DNA from: the human T2T-CHM13v2.0 reference genome, Homo sapiens
DNA: 64,000 nucleotides
NCBI RefSeq assembly: GCF_009914755.1
Contig: NC_060927.1
Reading direction: 5' to 3' (one strand)
Position numbers and translations under genes: made by a program. This document shows positions 13,468-26,280 of the stretch, piece by piece (within the stretch, counting starts at the first letter, position 1; each line of letters starts with the position of its first letter). Under the pieces are notes generated by a model. The model ran no database searches and was not told the DNA's origin. It saw only the letters and a program-made list of their open reading frames with translations.

Positions 13468-15718
13468 TCTTTTTTAACTTTTATTTTAGGTTTGGGGTAC
13501 ATGTGTACATGTGCAGGTTTGTTATACAGGTAAACTGCATGTCACGGGGGGTCTGGTGTATAGATTATTTTGTTACCCTGGTATTTAATAATGAGCATAG
13601 TACTTGATAAGTAGTTTTCTGATCCTCCCCCTCCTCCCACTCTTCAGCCTCAAGTAGGTCCTAGTGTCTGTTGTTCCCTTTTTTGTGTCCATGCAGTCTT
13701 TGTTTTTCTGTTTGTGTGTTAATTTCCTAAGAACGATGGCCTCCAGTTCCATCCATGTTGTTGCAAAGGACATGATCTTTTTCTTTTTTATGGCTGCTTA
13801 GTATTCCATGATGTATATGTACCACATATTCTTTATCCAGTTTACTGTTATTGGGCATCTAGGTTGATTCCATGTCTTTGTTATTGTAAACAGTGTTGCA
13901 ATGAACATACATATGCATGTGTCTTTATGATAGAATGATTTATATTCCTTTGGGTTTATACCCAATAATGGGATTGCCAGATTCGGTAATCTGAATGGTA
14001 ATTCTGTTTTAAGTTCTTTGAGGAATTGCCACCCTGTTTTCCACAAGGGCTGATCTAATTTATGCTCCACCAGCAGTATATAAGTGTTCCCTTTTCTCCA
14101 TAACATCTGTAATTTCCTGACTTCTTAATAATGGTCATTCTGACTGGTGTCAGATGGCATCTCATTGTGGTTTTGATTTGTATTTCTCTAATGATCAATG
14201 ATATTGTGCTTTTATTCATATACTTGTTGGCTGCGTGTATGTCTTCCTTTGAAAAGTGTCCATTCATGTCCTTTGCCCACTTTTTAATAGGGTTATTTGT
14301 TTTTCTCTTGTAAATTTAAGTTTCTTATAGATGCTGAATACTAGACCTTTGTCAGATGCATAGTTTACAAATATTTTCTCTCATTCTGTAGGTTGTCTGC
14401 TTATTCTGTTGATGGTTTCTTTTGATCTTTAGTTTTGATTAGATCTTTAGTTTTAATTAGACTCCATTTGTCAATTTTTGTTTTTTTGTTGCCATTGCTT
14501 TTTGTGTCTTCATCATGAATTTTTTTGCCAGGTCCTATGCCTAGAATGATATTTCCTTGGTTATCTTCCAGGGTTTTTATAGTTTTGAGTTTTACATTTA
14601 ACTCTTTAATCTGTTTTCAGTTGATTTTTATAGATAGTGTAAGGAAGGGACTGTTTCAATTTTCTGCATATGGCTAGCCAGTTACCCTAGCACCATTTAT
14701 TGAATAGGGAGTCCTTTCCTCATTGCTTGTTTTTGTCAGCTTTGTCAAAGATCAGATGGTAATAGGTGTGTGGCCTTATTTCTGGGCTCTCTATTCTGAT
14801 CTATTGATCTCTGTCTGGTTTTGTACCAGTACCGTTCTGTTTTGGTTACTATAGCCTTGTAGTATACTTTGAAGTTGGGTAATGTGATGCCCCCAGCTTT
14901 GTCTTTTTGCTTAAGATTGCCTTGGCTATTTGGGCTCTCTTTTGGTTCCATATGAATTTTAAAATAGTTTTTTTCTAATTCTATAAAGAATATCATTGAC
15001 GGTTTGATAGGAATATCATTGAATCTATAAATATCTTTGGGCAGTATGGCCATTTAAATGATATTGATTCTTCCTATCCATGGGCATGAAATATTTTTCC
15101 ACTTGTTTGTGTAATTTCTGATTTCTTTGAGCAGTGTTTTCTAATTGTTGTAGAGATCTTTCACCTCCCTGGTTAGCTGTATTTCTAGGTTGTTTTATTC
15201 TTTTTGTGAATGGGGTTGCATTCCTGATTTGACTGTCAGCTTGGATGTCATTGGTACATAGGGATGCTACTGATTTTTGTACATTGATTTTGCTGAAGTT
15301 ATTTATCAGATCAAGGAGCTTTTGGGCAGAGAATATAGGCTTTTCTTTTTTTTTTTTTTGAGACGGAGTCTCGCTCTGTCACCCAGGCTGGAGTACAGTG
15401 GCTCAGCCTCGGCTCACTGCAAGCTCCGCCTCCCGGGTTCACGCCATTCTCCTGCCTCAGCCTCTCCGAGTAGCTGGGACTACAGGCGCCCGCCACCACG
15501 CCCGGCTAATTTTTTTTTTTATTTTTAGTAGAGACGGGGTTTCACCGTGGTCTCGATCTCCTGACCTCGTGATCCACCCGCCTCGGCCTCCCAAAGTGCT
15601 GGGATTACAAGCGTGAGCCACCGCGCCCGGCCAGGCTTTTCTAGATATAGAACCATGTCATCCGCAAACAGGAATAGTTTGAATTTTTCTCTTCCTATTT
15701 GGGTGCTTTTTATTTTTC
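13468..15718 (-). mobile_element. L1PA13-15-type, 5'-truncated ~2 kb (ORF2 3' part + 3'UTR), interrupted by AluYd
   Basis: Minus-strand ORF fragments match L1 ORF2 (MAILPK.IYRFN, HFSKEDI, LFADDM), and the L1PA 3'UTR lies at the left end. Confidence 0.9.
15347..15632 (-). mobile_element. AluY of the Yd lineage (AluYd3-like)
   Basis: 12-bp deletion giving GAGACCACGGTGAAACC, plus CACGCTTGTAATC and CTCGGAGAGG. TSD AGGCTTTTCT at 15337-15346 and 15633-15642. Confidence 0.85.
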
Positions 15719-17359
15719 CCTCAACTTCTCTTAAAATAACTTGTTTCACAAGATTAGTGCAAGAAGACATTTTTAACACTTTTCTTTTTGTAACTGTATT
15801 TTCTCAATTTCCTTAGAAATCAACAGAAACTTCAGTTAGTTGTTGATGACTTACCAAATTGAAGGCCTTTTTAAATTTGGGTCAAATATACCAAAGGATT
15901 TAGAAATATCTATATCTGTATGTAGATATAAATATATACACATATCTGTATATATCACCTGGTTAAAATGTGGACAGTCTCTGGGGTAAAAGTGTGAATA
16001 CACAATTCTTTTCCAATTTAAGGATGAGTTTTGGTATTGTGTGTATTTAGTACAAACAATACGGTTGACAGCAAAGGAGACTTAAAACATGGAAAAAGCT
16101 GAATTATGTAGAATTCTTCTATTTTTTGACATTCCATTTCATTTTTGTTCACATATCTATAAAATTTGCACACCAGTAACCATAGTATAGATGTGATTTT
16201 TGTCATTTCCTAAAACTTAAGATTTTATCCAGAGCACTTTTCTTTTGTTGTAAGAAGGAAGAGGGCTAAAAAGCATAGCCTTTAGCCTTTTATTAAAACC
16301 AGAAATATTTCTAGTTCTCTGTTACATTTCCCCAATCCCAGAATAATGGTGTCTGTTGCCTGTGGCCATGTAGGCCAATTGGTTACAGCATTGTGTCTCT
16401 GGGTGCAGGCTGACTGGAAGAAGTTCTAGCTCTGTCAGGACATATTAGCCTCACACAGTTCTGAGGTCACCTCCCTCTCTGTGACCATTCATAAAGTTCC
16501 CAAGAGGATCGATTTAGAGAGGGTAAGTGGGTGTTTCCAATGTGGTAGTAAGCACTATGAATACCCTCTTTGGGAAAATAATATGAAACCACAACTCTGA
16601 ATCAACCTGTAAGAAGAGATTCAGCATTAATCATGGGAAAATTATAATCCAGCTGATTGTTTATCCAGAGCAGTGCAGGGACTTGCCTCTCAATGTTTAC
16701 AATACCTGAAATAGGATTAACTGGGTTGACGGAAAGGTCCTGTCAAAGTACAGATTACTACCCTGTCTTTCTCCTGAAGCTTTGTACAATGCTGTCTTGT
16801 TTGTTCATACCAAAATTCCGAGGAGAGCGGAGCTTTCTCAGATATGTTCAGAATCTTTTTCTTTTTACAAAAAAATATAAATTCCAACCCCTGTGTTCCT
16901 ATGTATTTCACATTTATAAAACAGTTTAAAAAATTACATAAAGTCACAAGACAGAAAACATTTAGAAGATAGCTATTATCTCATAAGTTTTATGTGTTGT
17001 GAATCAGTTTTGTTGTAAATGTTCAATAAACTCAGTGATCCTTTCTTTTTTTCTTTTGTCTCTCTTCCACTTTATCTGGCAGGTGTTTTGTATCAAATTC
17101 TATAAAAAATCAGCATAAATTCTGATATTTGGAAAAGCACCTTGCTCTGTCTCTCCTATGCAGTTTTAAAAGTGCTTGTGATGGTTTCTAAACCTAAACA
17201 TAAATTGGAGCTTTGTTTACTTTTGCACTGTCTATACGAAAAATAACACAACCTGCCCTTCAAAAGACAGATAATATAATTAAATAGAGTGTCGAAGGAG
17301 AGGACCATCATCAGTCCCAAGGTGCTGGGTAATATGGCTTCAAAAAATATGGTGTTATT

Positions 17360-17737
17360 CCAACCTCCCCAACAGCACTTGGGATTTCCTGTTGAAAGGG
17401 GAACTGAGCGACAGGACTAGCTGGATTTCCTAGGCTGACTAAGAATCCCTAAGCCTAGCTGGGAAGGTGACTACATCCATCTTTAATCATGGGGCTTGCA
17501 ACTTAGCTCACACCCGACCAATCAGGTAGTAAAGACAGCTCACTAAAATGCTAATTAAGTAAAAACCAGGAGGTAAAGAAAGAGCCAATCATCTATCGCC
17601 TGAGAGCACAGGGGGAGGGACAGAGGGACAATGATTGGGATATAAACCCAGGCATTCGAGCCAGCAATGGCTACCCTCTTTGGGTGCCCTCCCTTTGTAT
17701 GGGAGCTCTGTTTTCAGTCTATTAAGTCATGCAACTG
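17360..17737 (+). mobile_element. HERV-W (LTR17) processed-pseudogene fragment: internal 3' end/PPT + U3-R, poly(A), TSD
   Basis: CAACCTCCCCAACAGCACTT...GTTGAAAGGGGAAC precedes the LTR17 start TGAGCGACAGGACTAGCTGGATTTCCTAGG (17405). Ends at GCAACTG plus an A-run, with no U5. Confidence 0.88.
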
Positions 17738-18625
17738 AAAAAAAATGGCATTATTGATGGCTGAGTTAACATGATATTATTGTCTTGTTTTATTATAAAT
17801 AATCCGGGTTAGAGTCTCTTTTTTTAAAATTCTGAACTTATTTATTTCAGGTCTTGTCCCTGGGAACCTATTCTACTTTGTGTAATTGCTTTAAAATTAA
17901 ACAAAAAAACAAACATAACCACTGTATTCTGCATATATAAACATACAAATAATAATATATGATTTAAATAAGCCTTTATAGGGAAAATGTTATTTTATTA
18001 GAAGTGAAAATAGCTCTGTTATTTAGATTTAGAGCTTTATTTTTTCAAATGTCTCCTGTGGCTAGGAATGAGATAACCAAATGTCCGTATTTCCAAAGAG
18101 TTTCAAAAGATGAGGCCCCAAGACATTCAAACTGAAATTCAATAGTACACAGTATAAAACTACCATAGAAAAATAATGCAAAAAATAAGAAATATCTTCA
18201 AATTGTCCTTGGTCTTTCAGGGAAATGTGATAAGATTCCTTTGACTGACAAAATGAGAGAAAACATTTGATATAGTTTCTCGCAACACTGTAAATGTGAG
18301 TCAAATTGATGTGGAAAATAACAGAACTTCACGAACTAAAAACTAGCTCAAAATGCCAGTAAAAATAGAGACATAATATACATGGACCTAGAGAGTTTCC
18401 CAATCAGGAAAGATGAGAGTGCAGAGAAAAAGCACCTAGGATGATTAAGAGAAGGAAGGCAGAGATTGATAACATGATAAGGGTGTCAGTATGAATAATG
18501 TCACTAAGAAACTCTGGAACAAGTTAGGATACAGATAAATTAAATCTAAGCAAGGCAGTCTCAAAAAGGCCTCTGAGTAATGCTAACAAACAATGATTTA
18601 GCACACCCAGTAAAAAGTAGAATTA

Positions 18626-18838
18626 CCAGCCTGGGCAACATGGTGAAACCCCATCTCTAGTAAAAATACAAAAACTAGCCAGGTTTGGTGGCCCACACCT
18701 GTAGTCCCAGCTACTTGGGGGGCTGAGGTGAGAGAATGATTTGAGTCTGAGAGGTTAAGGCTGCAGTGAGCTGAGATTGTGCCACTGCACTCCAGCCTGG
18801 GTGACAAAGTGAGACCCTGTCTCAAAAAAAAAAAAAAA
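18626..18838 (+). mobile_element. AluJ(b), 5'-truncated
   Basis: Begins mid left arm, A-tail, TSD AAAAAGTAGA[A/G]TTA. Confidence 0.85.
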
Positions 18839-19829
18839 GTAGAGTTAGGAAAGGGAAAATAAAGGAATGGAATAAAAAAGTAAGAAAAAGCAGCTTCTTA
18901 TTTGTAGACACAGCTTAAAAATGATCCAAATAGTGCAATGTTTGTTGCCATTCTCTTCCACCATTCTCTTCTTTACCTCCTCACCACACACAAATACTCT
19001 CCTCATTCCTTTCATTGTCACTTGAAGAAACCCCAATGCCATTGCTTTCAAAGATTTATCATATGTTAGGGGAGAGATGGAGGAGAAGTGAAGTGAATAT
19101 AGATGATAATAGGTCCCAGCGAGAAAGATTGCTTTCTGCTTCCTGGCCAAACCCTCAGGAACTGGAGAGAGGAGACTGCATGGTGTTTTCAATAGCCATA
19201 GAGAAATTTCTAAGCCCCAACATAGCATGAAAGGAGCAAAGAAATGCAAAGGAGGCATGGAAGTAGCAGAGTCTCCTGCCATAAGGAAGCCAGTTGACAT
19301 GGATAAGGAAATGTTCATGGACAATCTCTGTGAGTGATGACTGAGGACCCGATGAGATGTCTCAGCAGGCAGGCACCTGTGTGAACAGATGGCATCAAGT
19401 ACTAGATGCCTTAGCCCTACAACTTAGGACTGTTCAAAGTCTCTATAAATTGAACACTATTCCTAGGAAAGCTCACACTACAGAGATCAAATTTCTGTCA
19501 TCTTGGCTGAAAGGGGACTATATAAAAAACTAAATTGTTATAGAAAACTAAATGCAATTATAATTTTCACACCTGATTTGTGAATTGATTTATCCTTTTA
19601 CACTGATTTATCATTGTGCACTAAGAATGCATGAAACCTCAAATCCTAAATTTAGAAGTATGGGAGCATCCTTAAAAAATTTTTAAAAATTAAATTAACT
19701 TGCAATATTTTCCCAACTGAATTTAGCAGTATATACATGCTTTCTTTTTTATTTAAATTTTTAGTTAAAAAGCATTAAAACTATAATTAATAAGCTTAAG
19801 TTGTAGAAAAATATTACCAGAAAGACACT

Positions 19830-20020
19830 CTAATAAGCATTTTTCATGAATTGTTTCATTTAGTCTTTAAGAAAACTCTTAGGTGACAGGTTCTATTATT
19901 ATCTCCACTTTACAGATGAGAAAATGGAGGAACAAAGAGGTTAAATATATGGTTGCAGTTTGCATATCTGGTAAGTGGTAGATCTAGGATTTTGAACTTG
20001 ATCTCTGACTGCAGAGCCTG
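19830..20020 (-). mobile_element. MIR
   Basis: ATTATCTCCACTTTACAGATGAGAAAATGGAGG core. Confidence 0.7.
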
Positions 20021-20324
20021 TGGTATTAGTCATTGATGAGTATGGATGGCCACTGTGATATGAGTCATCGCCACCAAAGGTCATGGCAGGAGCTTTGTGG
20101 CTCTGTTCTCCTGCTTCTCCAGAGTTGAAGCTATATTCATGTTTCAGGTGATGCTTGGGGCTATGATTAAAATTAGGCAAGCCCATTTTTATAGCTTAAT
20201 TAATACTATAATTGTGCTATAGAGCAAACACCAAAAAAACTTCTCTAGTTTGAAAATACTAGGTAAGGCAGCAAAACCTAGGATAAATAGGAGGCTAGTG
20301 GGGTTGACAGGAAGGAAGAAATGA

Positions 20325-20485
20325 CCACTTACATTATCTCAGATAATTCTTGAGACACCTTTGGGAAATAAATGCTATGATTTCTATTTTTCACTGGAGG
20401 AAACTGAAGATCACTGACTTTAAATGATTTGCTTAACTGGGAAGTGGCAGAGCCAGGATTCCAATCTGGTTCTGACTCTAAAGAA
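20325..20485 (-). mobile_element. MIR
   Basis: GGAGGAAACTGAAG...GGCAGAGCCAGGATTCCAA. Confidence 0.6.
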
Positions 20486-21830
20486 TTCACTTTGTTATGT
20501 TCCGTTACCCCTCAAAAATACTCCGATGTAGGCACACTATTAATTGAACAAGTTATTTGTGGTTTAGGTTGAGAACACATGCAGTATTTTTAATACTCTT
20601 TCTGTGGGAAAGAGAAGTATAAAGCCAATTTAAAAATTAAATTCTGGAACACAGCTCATTTGAAATGAGAACTACCTACTTTGACACCAGAAAGAAAGAG
20701 AAAAAAACCACGCTTCATTTGGGATGATAACTTTACATCTAGATTTTTAAGGTTGTGAAATATATTCTATACAACATGCAAAATGTTTATTGAGTCAGCA
20801 ATATTAGCATCAGCAGGTTGGAGAAAGCTGTAATATGAAGTGAATATGCATTCTTGTGATTTGCTTTTTTTGGATTATTTTATGCCGATGAATTCTTTTT
20901 TTTAAAAAAAATGAGTTGTGTTTCAAAGAGCGAGAAATGAGAAAAGATATTTGAAATGGGAAAATGATAAGAGCATTTATTGAAAGAACTTGAGATTTAA
21001 AGAAATTGAAAATCTTTATATCTGCCATTGAAGCAAAAGAAAAACGTTATTTACTATTAAGTGGGAATTGAGGGCTGCTGTCTTGAGAAGTCTGCTTTTC
21101 ATATTATTGCTACAATATCTAAGGCCGGGCTACACTATTCAGGAGTTGACATTTCACTAGAGAACACAGGATACTGACATATTTAGAATGTATCTTCAGT
21201 ACAGCTTCTTTAGCCTTTGCCCTGGGTTTTGATCTTTCTAGCTACTCTGGCTTATGATTTATAGAGTAAAAAACTGCAAGGGATCTTAGTCACCCTCTAG
21301 CCCAGTTCCCCATATTTTACCAATGAGGACAATTAATTGAAAGAAAGCAATTTGCTCAACGTAGAGCTGCAAAAAAAAGTATGCCAAGAGCTGCACCTAA
21401 ATGTACCTTTTTTAAAATTCAATACTATTCAGTTATAATCTTATTTACTGAGATCTAGTTCAAAGATGGAAGCTCTTTTACATCTAGCCCAAAATATTTA
21501 TTCTCAATTGTAAAATCAATTTTTAAGTGATAAAATTACCACATTCTAATTGTAGGTAATTCAAATTCTTTAGAAGAATGTAAAATAAAAGGTCTCTCCT
21601 GTAGTTATCGGTATACTCTCCATATTTTCTATGCATATACAAATATATAAGGATAAATATAGATATGTGCATATACACACTTTTATATTTTTTTTTTCAC
21701 TAAAGGGATCTCATTATAACAATTCTTAACAATTTTCTTTAAAACTTTTAAAACTCAGACATCATTTCTTATCAGTACATAAAGATTGACTTCATTGCTT
21801 TATTCACACAATGGTTGCATCACATCCTTT

Positions 21831-21962
21831 TGGGTGGTTTTAAACATATCCACAAATTCTTGTACATTACTCCCATGAAAAGGTATAATCTTATTCCCCT
21901 CATCTTGAATATGAGTGTAACTTGGTGAATTGTTTCTAGGGTATAGAATGTGAGACAAATTG
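21831..21962 (+). mobile_element. MLT1F/G/H LTR 5' fragment within L1ME remnants
   Basis: GGTGGTTTTAAACATATCCACAAATTCTT. Confidence 0.55.
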
Positions 21963-22214
21963 AAGTTGTCTTCTTTTATTTTCTTTTCACAAACATCCTT
22001 GGATATACAACTTTCCATATTTGTGCATATATTATTTTTGAGAAGTAGGGTGCTGGTCAAAGAGCATCCACATTTAAAATTTTGAAAAATGTCATTTCTA
22101 GTGAATGAAGAGTAACATAGTTTTATACATGATTTTTCTGTTTTCTGTTCATGTCTATTGACCATTTCTCTAATGGACTGTTGGTCTTTTTGCTTTTGGT
22201 GTAATTAAATGTAA

Positions 22215-22422
22215 GTACTCTACAGACTGCCTGAATTTGAATTCTGGTCCTGGCACTTTCTAACTGTGCGACCACAAACAAATTATATTTAGGTTATTTA
22301 TGCCTCAGTTTCTTTACTCATTAAATGGGGATAGTAGTGGTACTTATAGGATTATATTGAGGATTAAGTGAGTTTATGTATATAAAGCACTAGAGTAGTA
22401 CTGGAGACAGAGAGAGTGCTGT
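22215..22422 (+). mobile_element. MIR
   Basis: TGCCTCAGTTTCTTTACTCATTAAATGGGGATAGT...GAGGATTAAGTGAG. Confidence 0.7.
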
Positions 22423-22884
22423 TATGATTTTATGTATTCAAAATTAGCTCCTTATAATATGTATTTAATTTTGTTTATGATATTTTCAGCTACATAGATT
22501 TCTTTTTAAAGTTGAGGTTAAGACATATCCAGTAAAGGGGACACATCGTAAGTGTACAAACGTTTAAATCAATATATAAAACATTCCTAGTATCTGAGAG
22601 GGTTCTCACATTCTCCTCCCAAGCACTATTCTTCCCAAAATAACCACTATATCAAACCCTATCACCATAGATTAGTTTTAACTGATCTTGGACTCCATAT
22701 AAGCGGAATTATACAGCATGCTCCTTCTTTCAGTATATGTTTTTCAGATTTATTCAACTTTTAATTTCTTTATCTTTCTTGTATTTATTTCTGCCTTTTA
22801 TTATTTTCTGCTTCTTAATTTGCTGGGTTTTTTTTCTATTAAGATAATGGCTTTCCATTATATTCATTTAGCTTTTAGATTTCA

Positions 22885-23598
<714 letters not shown>

Positions 23599-25189
23599 CT
23601 AAACATTTGGTGGTTTTTCGCTACATTCAACCATTCTGTGACCTTGTGTTTAAAATGCACCTTTTAAAATATTGCTTTTTAAAATCCAGTTTGTCATTGC
23701 CTTTACATTGGATTATTTTCTACATATTTAATGCAATTTCAATGCATAGTTGGTTTTATCCATCATCTTATTTATTTCTTACATGTCCCATGTGCTTTTC
23801 TTTTTCTGTTCTTTCTTTAGGTTTTGATGACAAGCTTAAAAAATTTTTTGCTGAGTGGCTGGCAAGATGGCCCAATAGGAACAGCTCCAGCCTGCAGCTC
23901 CCAGTGAGATCAACGCAGAAGGTGGGTGATTTCTGCATTTCCAACTGAGGTACCCGGCTCATCTCACTGGGACTAGTTAGACAGTGGGTGCAGCCCATGG
24001 AGAGCAAGCTGAAGCAGGGTGGGGCATCACCTCACCAAGGAAGTACAAGGGGTCGGGGAACTCCCTGCCCTAGCCAAGGGAAGCCGGGAGGGACTGTGCC
24101 ATGAGGAACGTGTATTCTGGCCCAGATGCTATGCTTTTCATGGTCTTCACAACCTGCAGACCAGGAGAGTCCCTCGGGTGACTACACCACCAGGTCCCTG
24201 GGTTTCAAGCACAAAACTGCACGGCTGTTTGGGCAGACACCTAGCTAGCTGCAGAGTTTTTTTTTTTTTTTTTTTTCATACCCTAGTGGTGCCTGGAATG
24301 CCAGAGAGACAGAACCATTCACTCCCTGGAAAGGGGGCTGAAACCAGGGAGCCAAGTGGTCTAGCTCAGTTGATCCCACCCCCATGGCGCCCAGCAAGGT
24401 AAGATCCACTGGCTTGAAATTCTCGCTGCCAGCACAGTAGTCTGAAGTTGACCTGGGACACTTGAACTTGGTAGGGGGAGGGACATCCATCATTACTGAG
24501 GCTTGAGTAGGCGGTTTTCCCATCACAGTGTAAACAAAGCTGCCTGGAATTTCAAACTGGACGGAGCGCACTGCAGCTTGAGAAAGCCGCTGTAGCCAGA
24601 TTGCCTCTCTAGATTCCTTCTCTCTCTAGGGCATCTCTGAAAGAAAGGCAGAAGCCCCAGTCAGGGGCTTATATATAAAACTCTCATCACCCTGGGACAG
24701 AGCACCTGGGGGAAGGGGCAGATGTGGGCACAGCTTCAGCAGACTTGAACGTTCCTTCCCGCCAGCTATAAAGAGAGCAGTGGATCTCCCACCACAGAGC
24801 TCTGCTAAGGGACAGACTGCCCCCTCACGTGGGCCCCTGGCCCCCGTGCCTCCTGACTGGGAGATACCTCCTAGCAGGGGTCAACAGACATCTCATACAG
24901 GAGAGCTCTGGCTGGCATCTTGGGGGTGCCCCTTTGGGACGAAGCTTCCAGAGGTAGGAACAGGGAGCAATCTTTGCTATTCTGCAGTCTCTGCTGGTGA
25001 TACCAGAACAGGGCCTGGAATGGACCTCCAGCAAACTCCAGCAGACCTGCGGCAGAGAGGCCTGACTGTTAGAAGGAAAACTAACAAACAGAAAGGAATA
25101 GCATCAACATCAACAAAAAGGACATCCACACAAAAACCCCATCTGAAGATCACCAACATCAAAGACCTAACGAAGATGAATCCACAAAA

Positions 25190-26217
25190 ATGAGGAAAAA
25201 CCAGTGCAAAAAGGCTGAAAATTCCAAAAACTAGAATGCCTCTTCTCCTCCAAAAGATCACCACTCCTCGCAGGAAGGGAACAAAACTGGATGGAGAAGG
25301 AGTTTGATGAATTTTGATATTACCTACCTTCAGAAGGTAGGTAATAACAAACTCTTCTGAGCTAAAGGAGCATGTTCTAACCCAATGTAAGGAAGCTAAG
25401 AACCTTGAAAAAAGGTTAGATGAATTGCTAACTAGAATAACCAGTTTAGAGAAGAACATAAATGACCTGATGGAGCTGAAAAACATAGCATGAGAACTTC
25501 GTGAAGCATATACAAGTATCAACAGCTGAATCGATCAAGCAGAAGAAAGGCTATCAGAGATTGAAGATCAACTCAGTGAAATAAAGTGTGAAGACAAGAT
25601 TAGAGAAAAAATAAATGAAAAGGAATGAACAAAGCCTCCAAGACATATGGGACTATGTGAAAAGACCAAACCTACATTTGATTGGTGTACCTGAAAGTGA
25701 TGGGGAGAATGGAACCAAGTTGGAAAACACTCTGCAGGATATTACCCAGGAGAACTTCGTCAACCTAGCAAGGCAGGCCAACACTCAAATTCAGGAAATA
25801 CAGAGAACACATCAAAACTACTCCTTGAGAAGAGCAACCCCAAGACACGTAATTGTCAGATTCACCAAGGTTGAAATGAAGGAAAAAGTGTTCAGGGCAG
25901 CCAGAGAGAAAGGTCAGGTTACCCACAAAGGGAAGCCCATCAGACTAACAGCGGATCTCTCGGCAGAAACTCTACAAGCCAGAAGAGAGTGGGGGCCAAT
26001 ATTCAACATTCTTAAAGAAAAGTATTTTCAACCCAGAATTTCATATCCAGCCAAACGAAGCTTCATAAGTGAAGGAGAAATAAAATCCTCTACAGACAAG
26101 CAAATGCTGAGAGATTTTGTCACCACCAGGCCTGCCTGACAAGAGCTCCTGAAGGAAGGACTAATTATGGAAAGGAAAAACTGCTACCAGCCAGTGCAAA
26201 AACAAACCAAATTGTAA
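25190..26217 (+). pseudogene. L1 ORF1p remnant with stops and frameshifts
   Basis: WDYVKRPNL, RATPRH.IVRF, ARREWGPIF motifs, fragmented reading frame. Confidence 0.9.
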
Positions 26218-26280
26218 AGACCATAGACACTATGAAGAAACTGCATCAACTAACGGGCAAAATAACCAGCTAACATCATA

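Noticed and set aside
18845-19324. 159-aa minus-strand ORF
   Set aside because: Non-ATG start, no recognisable domain, and composition typical of the antisense of purine-rich decayed repeat.
20896-20911. T8A8 palindrome
   Set aside because: Low-complexity and common in AT-rich mammalian DNA.
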